Assembly: GCA_002502965.1 (NCBI GenBank)
Contig: DAQS01000006.1
Coordinates: 77,552 to 141,551, forward strand
Length of the DNA: 64,000 nt
Direction: 5' to 3'
Source: Methanomassiliicoccaceae archaeon UBA381
GTDB taxonomy: Archaea > Thermoplasmatota > Thermoplasmata > Methanomassiliicoccales > Methanomethylophilaceae
The notes under the pieces are model-generated. The model was not told where the DNA came from. It worked only from the letters and a program-made list of their open reading frames with translations, and ran no database searches. Shown in pieces: positions 36,780 to 46,132 of this stretch (position 1 is its first letter; each line of letters opens with the position of its first letter). The position numbers and the translations under genes are program-made.

Positions 36780-37079
36780 GTCAGGAGAGAGAGGGCGGCC
36801 GACGGTAGGACATTGTCCGGCTGAGGAAGTTCCCTCCTCCACAGGGCAGGTGGGTCGGGAAATCCGACCGGGCGAGAGCTCGGGCAAGGGCTCAGAAACG
36901 ACACAGCCGGGGCGCAGGATGATCTGCTGACAGTGACGTTGCCTCCGGATATGATGAAACGGCGACACCCCATCGGAGCAAGCCCGCACAGCCGGGATGA
37001 TTGCCCAATGACCGGCGGGTAGGGTGCATTAGTCGAATGCCGCCTGAAACAGAAGGGGGACTACTACTCTCACCTGACA
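36780..37079 (+). ncRNA. rnpB: RNase P RNA (archaeal type A-like)
   Basis: P1 pairs GTCAGGAGAGAG with CTCTCACCTGAC. P2 pairs GGCGGC with GCCGCC. The conserved stretches are GAGGAAGTTCCC..CCACAGGGCAG and AAACAGAAGGGGGACT. P4 pairs as AGT(T)CCC with GGGGACT, with a bulged U. A TATA-like AAATTAATA lies about 25 nt upstream. Confidence 0.8.
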
Positions 37080-37083
37080 CTTC

Positions 37084-37452
37084 TCACCAAGGCGGATGGC
37101 CGTTGGTCATAAGGTATCTGTTGTAGTTCCTAGCGGTCTCATAGCTTTTATATATCAAAAAGAGCCAGCCTAGGAAAACGAATATGAACCCCAGAGGTAA
37201 GAAGAACATTATCACGGAGAATATCACGAAGCCGAAGAAGTAGATCACCCCTTTGGCCTGGCCCGCATAGAGTATGCCCAGACCCGGCAGCAGCACCGAT
37301 ATCAGAATAGCCAGAACCTCGCTTTTAATATTCATCTTGTAATTCGAAGGGTTCGGATTGCCGGTCTGCGGAGTATGCCCTGCTTTAGTGCCGCATATCT
37401 CACAAGCCCCTTCATCAGGCTTCATCTCATGACCGCAATTGCTGCAGAACAA
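37084..37452 (-). CDS. Zinc-ribbon plus membrane-domain protein, unknown function
   Basis: 122 aa. CSNCGHEM...CEICG is followed by two or three TM helices. Confidence 0.55.
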   Translation of the reverse strand: MFCSNCGHEMKPDEGACEICGTKAGHTPQTGNPNPSNYKMNIKSEVLAILISVLLPGLGILYAGQAKGVIYFFGFVIFSVIMFFLPLGFIFVFLGWLFLIYKSYETARNYNRYLMTNGHPPW

Positions 37453-37539
37453 GTAATTACCCAGCTTCTAAAATGTATGGTCTGTATATATCCTTCTCCT
37501 TCGAACGCACAATCTTTATCGGAACACGGTCATCGGCGG

Positions 37540-38220
37540 ATGATGAGGATACGCGAAAGATACAAAGCTGTGGGATTCGACATGGACGGGACCCTTCTTG
37601 ACACCCGCGTCGACTATCAAAGGATGACCGAGATCGTCCTGGATGAGATGGAAAGGATAGGTGTTCCGGACAACGCCATCGACAGGTCCGGCGGTTACAA
37701 GTTCAACATAGACTCCGGCGTGGAGTGGCTGAGATCCAACGGGCGCGGATCTGATATTTTCGAGATCAACCGCAGAGTTTCCAGGGCCGCAAGGGATGTG
37801 GAGATGGAACATGTGGACAAAGCTGTGCCTTTCCCGGGGGCAGTGGAATTGATAAGGGCACTGAGGTCCCAGGACATACGCGTGGGCGTGCTCACAAGAG
37901 GGTGCAGAGAGTATGCTGACGGCGCCCTTTCCGTTTCCGGTGTCATTGACCTTCTGGATCATGTTGTGGCCAGGGACGATCATCCCGAGGAAGAGGCAAA
38001 GCCCTCTCCCGTAGCCATGGAACATCTGGCACATGGACTGGGAGTATCTCCAGAGGACATACTGTTCGTCGGTGACCATTCCTTTGACATGATCTGCGCC
38101 AAAGAATCTGGTGCGGGATTCGTCGGCGTCCTTAGCGGGACCTACGGACGAAGGGATTGGGAAAAGATCGGCGAGACCCGCATCATAGATACGGTCGCAG
38201 ACCTGATCGAATTCTTATAA
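37540..38220 (+). CDS. HAD-superfamily hydrolase
   Basis: The ATG at 37540 gives MMRIRERYKAVGFDMDGTLLDT, which is HAD motif I (DxDGT). A later segment reads VGDHSFDMICAKESGA. Confidence 0.8.
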   Translation: MMRIRERYKAVGFDMDGTLLDTRVDYQRMTEIVLDEMERIGVPDNAIDRSGGYKFNIDSGVEWLRSNGRGSDIFEINRRVSRAARDVEMEHVDKAVPFPGAVELIRALRSQDIRVGVLTRGCREYADGALSVSGVIDLLDHVVARDDHPEEEAKPSPVAMEHLAHGLGVSPEDILFVGDHSFDMICAKESGAGFVGVLSGTYGRRDWEKIGETRIIDTVADLIEFL

Positions 38221-38230
38221 AAGGAAATAT

Positions 38231-38260
38231 GCCGCGGGGTTGAACCCCGCGGCTGTTTTA
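38231..38260. terminator. 9-bp GC hairpin GCCGCGGGG-TTGAA-CCCCGCGGC with flanking T tracts, lying between convergent genes
   Basis: Read directly. TGTTTTA follows on the plus strand and ATATTTCCTT on the minus strand. Confidence 0.5.
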
Positions 38261-38261
38261 C

Positions 38262-39872
38262 TTACTGGCTGCCGTCACCGTAAGTGACGTTGCGACCATG
38301 AATCTTCTCTTCCTCCATGTTGTCATAGTGGAAGCGCTCCTTGTTCATAGCCCCGATGTTGTCCTTGGGAAGGAGCTTCTTGGCGCTCTGCATCAGAACG
38401 CTTCCGAGACCCATGAGCTTGGAATCCATGTTTATGCCGAACCTCGTCTTCCCGCATACCAGGTGGCCGGGATTCATCACATCATGGGGGTCCAGGAAGG
38501 TCTTCAGATCCCTCATGAGATCAGTGGAGTTGCGCTCCCTTACCAGATCCAGGTTGGATGCGAAGAACACTCCGAAGCCCAGGGAGCGGCCTCCGTACAG
38601 GAAGGCTCTGTTCCCGAGGTAGAAGTTGAACGCGAAGGCAACCATTCCCAGCAGCGTCTCATCGTCCTTGAAGTAGTAAGGCATGAACATGGCAGTGCTG
38701 CGGTCGGCGATCATGCCGACGATACCGCCTGTGTCCATCTTCATGACCTTGAAGCTGTTGTAGCATTCGTCGACGAACTCGGCCCAGTGCTGAACCTCCA
38801 CGACGACCTCCGCCGGGATCGAACCGATGCCGATCTTGCGGACCCTGTACTCGTAGCACCTCTCCTCCCACTCGTGCTCGGCAACATGCTGATCCATCTT
38901 GACCCCACCGCTCTCGGCAACGATCTTGTCGATCTCCTGCTCTTCCAGCTTCACGAACTCCTCTGCACCCTGGAGGGTCACGAGGAAGAGGTTGTCGATG
39001 CCTTTGTGCTCGTCTATGCCGGCCTTCCTCTGGTTCTCGAAGTGGTAATAATCAGACCAGGCTATGTGAAGGGGCTTGAGGCTTGGGTGGTTGACTATCT
39101 TGTTTATAGGCACACCCATCTCCTTGAGATTCTTGAAATTGTAGGCCAGAGGTCTTATGATCCCCTTGGGGTACACCCTGAGGGTTACCTCGACTATGAT
39201 CCCGAGGGTCCCCTCGGCGCCGTTGAAGAGGCTGTTGAGGTTGTATCCGGACATGTTGTTGGCAACATTGTCGTAACCGGTCTCTATGACCTTTCCGTCG
39301 GACAGCACCACTTTCATGTTGAGGATGTTGTTCCCTGCAGCTCCGTACTTGTATCCGCCGGGACCTATTCCGCTGGTGGATATCCATCCGGCGACAGTGG
39401 CAGACGGGAAGCTGGACGGATAGGACCCTACGAGAAGACCTTCCTTCTCGCAGACTTCCATCATCTTTTTCCAGATGCATCCGGACTGTACTTTTACGTA
39501 CATGTTCTCCTTGTCGAGTTTTATGACCTCGTTCATACCGGAGGACATGTCCAAGAGTATGCCTGCCGCGGTAGGCATTGAGCCTCCGAGTCCCCACGTG
39601 GAAGCTCCACGGGGTACAACGGCTATACCGTTCTTATGAGCCAGCCTGACAATGGATGCGACCTGCTCGACGGTGGAGGGCCTAACAACGACATCGGGTA
39701 TGTTATTGAAGGCGATCCCCGCTTCCTTGGGAAGCGGTGCGAGATCGTGGCTGTATAGCATTCTGTCCATTTCGCTGGTGTTAACGTTATCTTTTCCGAG
39801 GATCTCCTCCAACTGGTTGATGATCTCGGGTGTCACTTTCCGTGATAGGTTCTCTGCCTTCCTGGATGTCAT
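38262..39872 (-). CDS. FAD-binding (PCMH-type) oxidoreductase, GlcD / D-lactate dehydrogenase-like
   Basis: 536 aa. Contains PDVVVRPSTVEQVASIVRLAHKNGIAVVPRGASTWGLGG. Confidence 0.82.
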   Translation of the reverse strand: MTSRKAENLSRKVTPEIINQLEEILGKDNVNTSEMDRMLYSHDLAPLPKEAGIAFNNIPDVVVRPSTVEQVASIVRLAHKNGIAVVPRGASTWGLGGSMPTAAGILLDMSSGMNEVIKLDKENMYVKVQSGCIWKKMMEVCEKEGLLVGSYPSSFPSATVAGWISTSGIGPGGYKYGAAGNNILNMKVVLSDGKVIETGYDNVANNMSGYNLNSLFNGAEGTLGIIVEVTLRVYPKGIIRPLAYNFKNLKEMGVPINKIVNHPSLKPLHIAWSDYYHFENQRKAGIDEHKGIDNLFLVTLQGAEEFVKLEEQEIDKIVAESGGVKMDQHVAEHEWEERCYEYRVRKIGIGSIPAEVVVEVQHWAEFVDECYNSFKVMKMDTGGIVGMIADRSTAMFMPYYFKDDETLLGMVAFAFNFYLGNRAFLYGGRSLGFGVFFASNLDLVRERNSTDLMRDLKTFLDPHDVMNPGHLVCGKTRFGINMDSKLMGLGSVLMQSAKKLLPKDNIGAMNKERFHYDNMEEEKIHGRNVTYGDGSQ

Positions 39873-39962
39873 TTATTCCCTCCGCTGATTAGATTCCGCG
39901 GTTATATTGCACGTGTAAAGAGGGTGATGTTTAATAATGCTTTGGTGGGTCCTCTGCCCGAC

Positions 39963-40382
39963 CTATCTGGACACGTCTGAAACGTATGCCCTGAGTCCCG
40001 CTTCGGAAACGAGTCTCTGCAGTGTATCTCCGACGGCTTTGAAAAGATGAGTCTGGCACTTACAGTCTGAACAACCGAATCCCTTCGCCGCCGGCTCCAT
40101 GCCGCAGGATCGCGCCATGGCCGCCAGATCGCATTCCGGTATGCTGTCCGGATAAGATTCGTAGGCTCTTACACTATCTCCGAATAAGGTGAGTCTGTCA
40201 ATGTGCCAGCGCACAATCTTATTGCGGGAGATGTGTCTCTCTATCCTTTGATCTAAACCGTTCATGGCGCTTCCCACGTAACAGTACTCGCCCTCCCCAA
40301 AGAACAGGGGCCCCAGGGACCCGACCCTGCCTTCGAAGGGCTTTCGCAGGAGAATAGCCAGTACGTATGTTCCTTTCCTCAT
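39963..40382 (-). CDS. DUF123 / GIY-YIG-like domain protein with a C-terminal Cys cluster
   Basis: 139 aa. MRKGTYVLAILL...GEYCYVGSA...RWHIDRL...GCSDCKCQTHLF. The start overlaps the mmp7 stop as ATGA. TAG stop. Confidence 0.68.
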   Translation of the reverse strand: MRKGTYVLAILLRKPFEGRVGSLGPLFFGEGEYCYVGSAMNGLDQRIERHISRNKIVRWHIDRLTLFGDSVRAYESYPDSIPECDLAAMARSCGMEPAAKGFGCSDCKCQTHLFKAVGDTLQRLVSEAGLRAYVSDVSR

Positions 40383-41314
40383 CCTTCCGTCCGCTGCATG
40401 TCCCTGTCGCGGACCTCCGACTCCGTCATTATACGTATGATCGTGCTGCTGTCGCTTATCTTGGATGGCGTTATCCTCGCCACTTCCGATAGTCTGCGGC
40501 CATAAACCTCCAGATTATCCAGATAATCCTTGTTCTCCACATAGGGTATCTTGACCCTGAGGCCGTCCATGTGAAGCACTATGGGGGCGGGCCTGAGGCT
40601 CATGCTGATCGGCTCATACTCCTCCAGGAGCTGCTTGAGCTCTGCCGGATGCACGAACAGGGGATCCTCCTCCAGGAGCTTACGCTTGTTCCCCAGGACC
40701 TTCATCACCGTATCGGCCACCTCGACGAGCTTTGCCCTTTCCGGCACTGTCCTCATCCTCTCTGCCTTGCGCCCTATGCCCGGTATTATGGCCTCGCACA
40801 GATCGTCTATGCCCTCGGGCATCGGCCCCGTGACCAATATCACGGGCGTCTCTATTTTCTCGAAAAGATGGGTCTTGGACTCAATGCAGGGCTTGAAATT
40901 GCCCAGCATCATGATCGCGACATCATACTCTTCGATGACCTTCATCTCCTCAAGGGAGATCTGGGACGTGGCCTTTCCGCGGCCTCTGGCCAATCCCATG
41001 ACCACTGATATCGCGCCGTACTGCCTGAGCTGTTCGGCTATGTCGCATATCGGATGGGGCATATGGTGCCTTCCCAGGGTCGGTCCGACCACAGCTATCT
41101 CGGTACCCGCCAAAGGGACCTCCCGGACCTGGCCGCCCAGTTCCTTGCAGAGCTTCTCCACCATGGGCCTGTCCTCTCCGGGCACGGACATCGTGACCGT
41201 CAGCATCTGAGAGCTCCTGGTCCTCTGGATCACCGTCCCGCCCACATCCTCTATCATCTCGTAGAGCTCGTCGGAGCGATACACTCCGCCGTCGTACATC
41301 AGGACCTCAAACAT
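40379..41314 (-). CDS. mmp7: Methanogenesis marker protein 7
   Basis: 311 aa. Size, sequence (MFEVLMYDGGVYRSDEL...VVGPTLGRHHMPHPICDIAEQL) and position in the mmp cluster all fit. Family recalled from memory. Confidence 0.82.
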   Translation of the reverse strand: MFEVLMYDGGVYRSDELYEMIEDVGGTVIQRTRSSQMLTVTMSVPGEDRPMVEKLCKELGGQVREVPLAGTEIAVVGPTLGRHHMPHPICDIAEQLRQYGAISVVMGLARGRGKATSQISLEEMKVIEEYDVAIMMLGNFKPCIESKTHLFEKIETPVILVTGPMPEGIDDLCEAIIPGIGRKAERMRTVPERAKLVEVADTVMKVLGNKRKLLEEDPLFVHPAELKQLLEEYEPISMSLRPAPIVLHMDGLRVKIPYVENKDYLDNLEVYGRRLSEVARITPSKISDSSTIIRIMTESEVRDRDMQRTEG

Positions 41315-41888
41315 GCCTTTCTGCCTCCCTTGCCTTGGCCAGCATCTCTTCGTGCACCTTGCGGGCCTCCTCTTTCATCTCGGGCCTGACTATCTCCTCG
41401 GTGGCCATTATCGTCAGGACCCTGCCGTCGGTCTGGTTGAATCTGACCCTTATGCCCTCCGGCATGGATCTCCAGACCGCTCCCAGGATCTCTTTCTTCG
41501 TCTCTTCCCCGGAGGATATCTCTATGTCCGCTACCTCGTCCGTATCGGCACCCTCGATGACTATATCGAAGCGGGTCTGCTGATCCACTCTCGCCCGGGT
41601 GTACCTCTTCCATAGCTGGGACAGTATGTCTGGCGCGTACCTCTCGTCCGAGATTGTGATGAACACGTTATCGCCCTCCTTTCTCAGGGAGGCCGCATCG
41701 GAGATCGTCTTATTATCCGGCTCCGCTTTGAGCATCACCGAGAATATGAAGAGCGGCACCTCGGGCCTGAGCAATATCCTGGCCTCGTCTATGAGTATCC
41801 CTTTCCCGATGTCGCTCATTATCACCCTGAACAGGTCCTTGTATGCTTCGGATCCGTAAGGGTCTGTTCCGGTAGCCTCTATGTTCAC
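41307..41888 (-). CDS. mmp17: Methanogenesis marker protein 17
   Basis: 193 aa. GTG start preceded by GAGGTGA. Size and synteny between mmp15 and mmp7 fit. Confidence 0.78.
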   Translation of the reverse strand: MNIEATGTDPYGSEAYKDLFRVIMSDIGKGILIDEARILLRPEVPLFIFSVMLKAEPDNKTISDAASLRKEGDNVFITISDERYAPDILSQLWKRYTRARVDQQTRFDIVIEGADTDEVADIEISSGEETKKEILGAVWRSMPEGIRVRFNQTDGRVLTIMATEEIVRPEMKEEARKVHEEMLAKAREAERHV

Positions 41889-41897
41889 AGGATCACC

Positions 41898-43121
41898 TCA
41901 CAGAAGGAAACCGGAGCTCAGGAGAGCACCGCCCACTGCCCCTATGTACTGCGAATCGGCGGGGACTATCGGCCTCTCACCCAGCACCTCTCCCACTTCT
42001 TTCACGAGACCGGATATCAAAGACGTCCCGCCGACCTGGATTATGGGCTTCCTGATGTCTATCTCTTGGAGCTGCTGCTCATAGACCTGCTCTGCCACCG
42101 AGTGGCATGCCGCGGCGGCCACATCCTCGAAGGCCTTGCCCTCTCCCAGGCTTGTGACCAGGTCCTGTATCCCGAATATGGAGCAGTAGGAGTTCATCTT
42201 GGCCTTCCTCCAATCGCCCTTCTCAGCCAGGGCCCCCAGCTGCGTCACGTCGATCTTGAGCCTGTTGGCGGTCATCTCTAGGAAACGGCCCGAAGCGCCT
42301 GCACAGACCCCTCCCATGGTGAAATTGTCCGGTACTCCGTCCCTGACGGTTATCGCCTTATTGTCCATCCCGCCTATGTCAAGTATGGTGGCCTCACCCC
42401 TCTGCCTGTCGGCCAGCCAAACTGCGCCCTTGGAGTTGACCGTAAGCTCTTCCTGTACCAGCTTGGCATTGAAGTGCTTGCCCAGGGTGAACCTTCCGTA
42501 TCCGGTCGTTCCGATGGCCTCCAGGTCCTTGAGCTGATAACCTGCCTGTTCCAGGGCCTGATTCAGTACTGTTGTGGCAGATTCTACGACATCATAGGAC
42601 GGCATCCAAGCCTTCCCGATGATCTTGTTGTTATGCATTATCACGGCCTTTGTGGTGGACGATCCGGAATCGAGACCGGCGGTGAGCCCTGTCTGTCTCT
42701 CCCTTGCGAGAAGCTCCTTTCTCGTGACTATCGTCACGAGCGCCTCCATCCTCGTGAGCAGTTGCGCCGACTTCATTCTCTCGGTGAACGAGTAGGTCAC
42801 GACGGGGAGCCGGGTGTGCTCCTGTATGTACCTCCTGAGCTCATTCCTTACCAGGGCCGCCTCGGCGCACCTGAAGCATGTCGCTATGAACACGGCATCG
42901 GCATCATAGACGCCTTTCGAAAGCTGTACCGCCCTTGCGATCATCAGTTTGAGCTGGGGGGATCGGGGGTTGAAACCGAATTCCCTCACTGCGTCATCCA
43001 CATCGTCCGCGCCGACGTCAGGGTAGACCATCTTGCCCCCCACGCTGAACGCTGCCTTCTCTATCTCGCTCTGGACGCTGCTGTACTCTGTACCGCATGA
43101 GAGCTGTGCTATCTTGATCAT
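41898..43121 (-). CDS. mmp15: Methanogenesis marker protein 15 (BadF/BadG/BcrA/BcrD-type ASKHA ATPase)
   Basis: 407 aa. The C-terminal half has ASKHA motifs ([33 protein letters not shown]). Confidence 0.85.
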   Translation of the reverse strand: MIKIAQLSCGTEYSSVQSEIEKAAFSVGGKMVYPDVGADDVDDAVREFGFNPRSPQLKLMIARAVQLSKGVYDADAVFIATCFRCAEAALVRNELRRYIQEHTRLPVVTYSFTERMKSAQLLTRMEALVTIVTRKELLARERQTGLTAGLDSGSSTTKAVIMHNNKIIGKAWMPSYDVVESATTVLNQALEQAGYQLKDLEAIGTTGYGRFTLGKHFNAKLVQEELTVNSKGAVWLADRQRGEATILDIGGMDNKAITVRDGVPDNFTMGGVCAGASGRFLEMTANRLKIDVTQLGALAEKGDWRKAKMNSYCSIFGIQDLVTSLGEGKAFEDVAAAACHSVAEQVYEQQLQEIDIRKPIIQVGGTSLISGLVKEVGEVLGERPIVPADSQYIGAVGGALLSSGFLL

Positions 43122-43555
43122 TCGAGTCCCTCCAGGAATTCCTTGGTTTCTTCCAGCATACGCATGGCTGCCTCTTTATCTCGGGGATATTCCACCCAGA
43201 GGATGGGTATTCCCCTCCTTCTCAGAAGGTACTTCACCATCTCGTTGGAGCGCTCGCATCCCACGCATCCGAAGGAATAGGGCGCTTCGGTCATCACGAT
43301 AGCGGCATCGGCCGCATCGATCTGGGGTCCCCAGACCGCAAGCCTGCCCCTTATCCCCGACGGCACCTCTATGCCCGCATACTTCAGGCCTTTGATGACA
43401 TCGTCGAGGGTGACGTTCATGGGGGGCATGTCTATCTCCAGGTTATCCACCCTCTCCTGGAGGGCGGCCATCGTGCTCAGGGGCTCGTGCCCCAGCCTCT
43501 CCACAATATCGAACAGGATCATGCTGTTCGGAGGGTCGATGAATATCTTCTTCAT
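43118..43555 (-). CDS. mmp5: Methanogenesis marker protein 5
   Basis: The ATG at 43555 follows GAGGTGA and gives [23 protein letters not shown]. Confidence 0.82.
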   Translation of the reverse strand: MKKIFIDPPNSMILFDIVERLGHEPLSTMAALQERVDNLEIDMPPMNVTLDDVIKGLKYAGIEVPSGIRGRLAVWGPQIDAADAAIVMTEAPYSFGCVGCERSNEMVKYLLRRRGIPILWVEYPRDKEAAMRMLEETKEFLEGLE

Positions 43556-43986
43556 AGGTTCACCTCGCAAATCTCCTTGAATTCCTTTACAGGAAGTTTA
43601 TTCCTCTTCGGCTCCGGCGGAGCCTTCTCTCCCATATCTATCGCATCCATTGCGTGCTGCAGATTGGCCAGCAGTTTCCATTCGGCCTCCAGCTGGGAGT
43701 ATCCCGGCCTCGTGCCGTGCTGGGCCCTGCACCTGCGGGGATCGCCTGCGGGATATGCTCTTCTCTTGGAGTATATCCCGTGGGGGTCCAGCTTGCGGAG
43801 CTCGTCACGTACCTCCACGACGGTCTTCGGGTCCCCTTCCAGGAGGCATCCGTAACAGGTCTCCTTCACGGACAGCTCCCGGCCCATGGCGTGAACGGTC
43901 CTGGCCAGCTGGTCAGGTGTCACATTGGACGCCGGGGATATCATGATCAATCTCGTCTCCCTTTGTCTGGGTTTATTCTCGCTCAT
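43552..43986 (-). CDS. mmp6: Methanogenesis marker protein 6
   Basis: 144 aa with ATGA overlaps on both sides. Size and synteny fit. Confidence 0.78.
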   Translation of the reverse strand: MSENKPRQRETRLIMISPASNVTPDQLARTVHAMGRELSVKETCYGCLLEGDPKTVVEVRDELRKLDPHGIYSKRRAYPAGDPRRCRAQHGTRPGYSQLEAEWKLLANLQHAMDAIDMGEKAPPEPKRNKLPVKEFKEICEVNL

Positions 43987-45506
43987 AGGTCCATCTCCGT
44001 AACGTACACCGTGTCCCCGTCCTTCAGGCCCTTCATCATATCGTCCAGGTCCCCGAGGAACTTGCCGAAGATGTTGGTTCCGTAGGGCTCCTCTCCCGTG
44101 GGCCCATATTCCTTGCTGTTCTCAAGCCTTATTCCAAGCAAGCCCTTGTGAGGCCTTGCCTGATTGGTGACGCCTATGTCCCCTCTGGAACATTTCTTGA
44201 ACGCGTCGTTGGGATAGAGGGATTTCCCCCTGACCTCGTCTCCTTCAAAAGTGACCATCGGCATACCTTTGAATGCGAAATGGACCTTCAGGGCGCCTAT
44301 GGGCTTGTGGCTCAATCCTGTTATCTTGTCGAAATAATATGAGTTCAGGCGATTCTTCTCCCCGCGGTCCAGGGATATCTTGTATATCCTGTTCTTCGGA
44401 ACGCCGAATGTCTCTATCTCATCAGCATGGATGGCGTCCAATGTCGCCTCCGGGGTCTGATCGACAATGACCGCATCGTCCGACGTGTCCCCGGTCCTCT
44501 TCTGCCTTAAGCCCTTGGACCCCAGGAACGCTGCTCCCTCCTTCTGGGTCATGCCCACGGAGAGTATCCTCTGGGGGTTGGTGACCACCCCTATCTTATC
44601 TCCTGCGTTCGCGAACATGGCTATGGAAAGGCCGTTCGTCACAGTGCCCACATGATTGTGGGACGGCACCATCTGCCTCCTTTCCCTGTATATGTACATC
44701 CTGCCCATGCCCGGGCCCGTGTTCCTGACCGTCACGACCCCGGGAGCCCTCACGATATGGGTCTCCTGAGGTATCTCTGTGTCCAGATCCAAAGAGCATG
44801 ACATGAAGCTGCCTGTGGATTCTGTCACTTCCATGTAGCCGGATCTGGAAAGCACCAGCAGATGCTCTGCGGACTTGGGGGACTGTCGGTCCAGGTCCAC
44901 CGTGATGAACGTGTCCACGCTGTATCCCTCATCAAGTTTGTACGACAGGTCCGACGTCACTATCACGTTATCCTTACTGGTCTCCGACATAAGGGGAGTG
45001 ACGCTCTCTATTGCATCGCCTTCCCTCATCTGATCTATCACGTGCCTTCCCAGGGTCACGCGCCCTATTATGCCGGAACCGGCTCCGTAGGCTCCCCGGT
45101 GCTCCTCCCTGGCGATCATCACGTAAGTCGTATTGTTGTCGAATCCACCCAGAGCGAAGAAGACGTCATATTTCCTGTATCTCCTCCGGTCCCTGTTCAC
45201 CTCAATATCTGTCTGGAAGGCTCCCACGGCCGCGATCTGCCTGTTCACCCATCGTGTATACAGGCCAGGCATCTTTGCCATGTGCTTCTTCCAGAGCTCC
45301 GAGTCCTTCCCGGGCTCCAAATGCAGCACGACGGACTTCCCCGAGCTGAGCTTCATCTCGAAATCATCGGATTCCTGGACCAGCTTCTCCGTGGACAAGT
45401 GTATCGAGACCACGGTGCCCGGATGATATTCCTCGCCCGCCAGGGCGTCCTTGAGCTTGGCGCCGTTCTTGAGCATCTTCTCCACGCCGTTGACCTTGAC
45501 CTTCAA
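43983..45506 (-). CDS. mmp3: Methanogenesis marker protein 3
   Basis: 507 aa. TTG start overlapping the mcrC stop as TTGA. Size and synteny fit. Confidence 0.82.
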   Translation of the reverse strand: MKVKVNGVEKMLKNGAKLKDALAGEEYHPGTVVSIHLSTEKLVQESDDFEMKLSSGKSVVLHLEPGKDSELWKKHMAKMPGLYTRWVNRQIAAVGAFQTDIEVNRDRRRYRKYDVFFALGGFDNNTTYVMIAREEHRGAYGAGSGIIGRVTLGRHVIDQMREGDAIESVTPLMSETSKDNVIVTSDLSYKLDEGYSVDTFITVDLDRQSPKSAEHLLVLSRSGYMEVTESTGSFMSCSLDLDTEIPQETHIVRAPGVVTVRNTGPGMGRMYIYRERRQMVPSHNHVGTVTNGLSIAMFANAGDKIGVVTNPQRILSVGMTQKEGAAFLGSKGLRQKRTGDTSDDAVIVDQTPEATLDAIHADEIETFGVPKNRIYKISLDRGEKNRLNSYYFDKITGLSHKPIGALKVHFAFKGMPMVTFEGDEVRGKSLYPNDAFKKCSRGDIGVTNQARPHKGLLGIRLENSKEYGPTGEEPYGTNIFGKFLGDLDDMMKGLKDGDTVYVTEMDL

Positions 45507-46132
45507 CGCTCTCCCCCCTCGTTGATCCCGGGCAGCATCCTCTGTATCTTCGTGATTATCTCGTCCAGCTTCTCCTGGGGACAGGTCACGCCCCTGACGA
45601 TGCCTGTCACGATCTCCATTATCGTTCCCTTGGTGTTGATCTTGTCGTCGGGCGGCATGACCCTTGAGGTCTTGACGCCTATGGCCGCGAAATCTTCAAA
45701 GTCCACCGGGCACTGAGATACGATTATTGCCGGGATATCCACGTTCCTGAGTATCAGCCTCGCCTTCCATATGATGTGGGCGCGGACATTCCCCAGATGT
45801 ATGAGCGCCACCTTGAACTGCTGGATCCTCTCAACCTCTATGGGCTCGAGACCGAAGCATTGACCGTGGGATATGTCCGGAGCGTCCGCAGGGACGCCAG
45901 ATCCGGCGTTTAGGACCAGAACGGATGTGTCTATCCCTTCCTCTCTCAAGGCGTATGTGATCTCGCACACGGGCTTGGTGATGTGCCTGCGGCCGGGGCC
46001 CATAGCGACGGCCACGACCTCTCTTCCGCTCTCTGAGATGGTGGCCCTCTGAGCCAATGCCCCTCCCGGCCCAAGACCCATAGACTCGCGGCACTCAACA
46101 AAACTGAGATGCCTGCCTATGCGCTGTTTCAA
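45503..46132 (-). CDS. mcrC: Methyl-coenzyme M reductase operon protein C
   Basis: 209 aa. [21 protein letters not shown]...[25 protein letters not shown] matches McrC. TTG start overlapping the atwA stop. Confidence 0.9.
   Translation of the reverse strand: MKQRIGRHLSFVECRESMGLGPGGALAQRATISESGREVVAVAMGPGRRHITKPVCEITYALREEGIDTSVLVLNAGSGVPADAPDISHGQCFGLEPIEVERIQQFKVALIHLGNVRAHIIWKARLILRNVDIPAIIVSQCPVDFEDFAAIGVKTSRVMPPDDKINTKGTIMEIVTGIVRGVTCPQEKLDEIITKIQRMLPGINEGGER

Noticed and set aside
36609-37080. Three overlapping minus-strand ORFs (126, 73 and 62 aa)
   Set aside because: The region is better explained by RNase P RNA on the plus strand. The ORF translations are Arg/Pro/Ser-rich with no start context.
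27228-39581. Long antisense ORFs 27228..28640, 34932..36098 and 38298..39581
   Set aside because: Each is antisense to a confidently identified gene (GSIII, hcp and the FAD oxidase).
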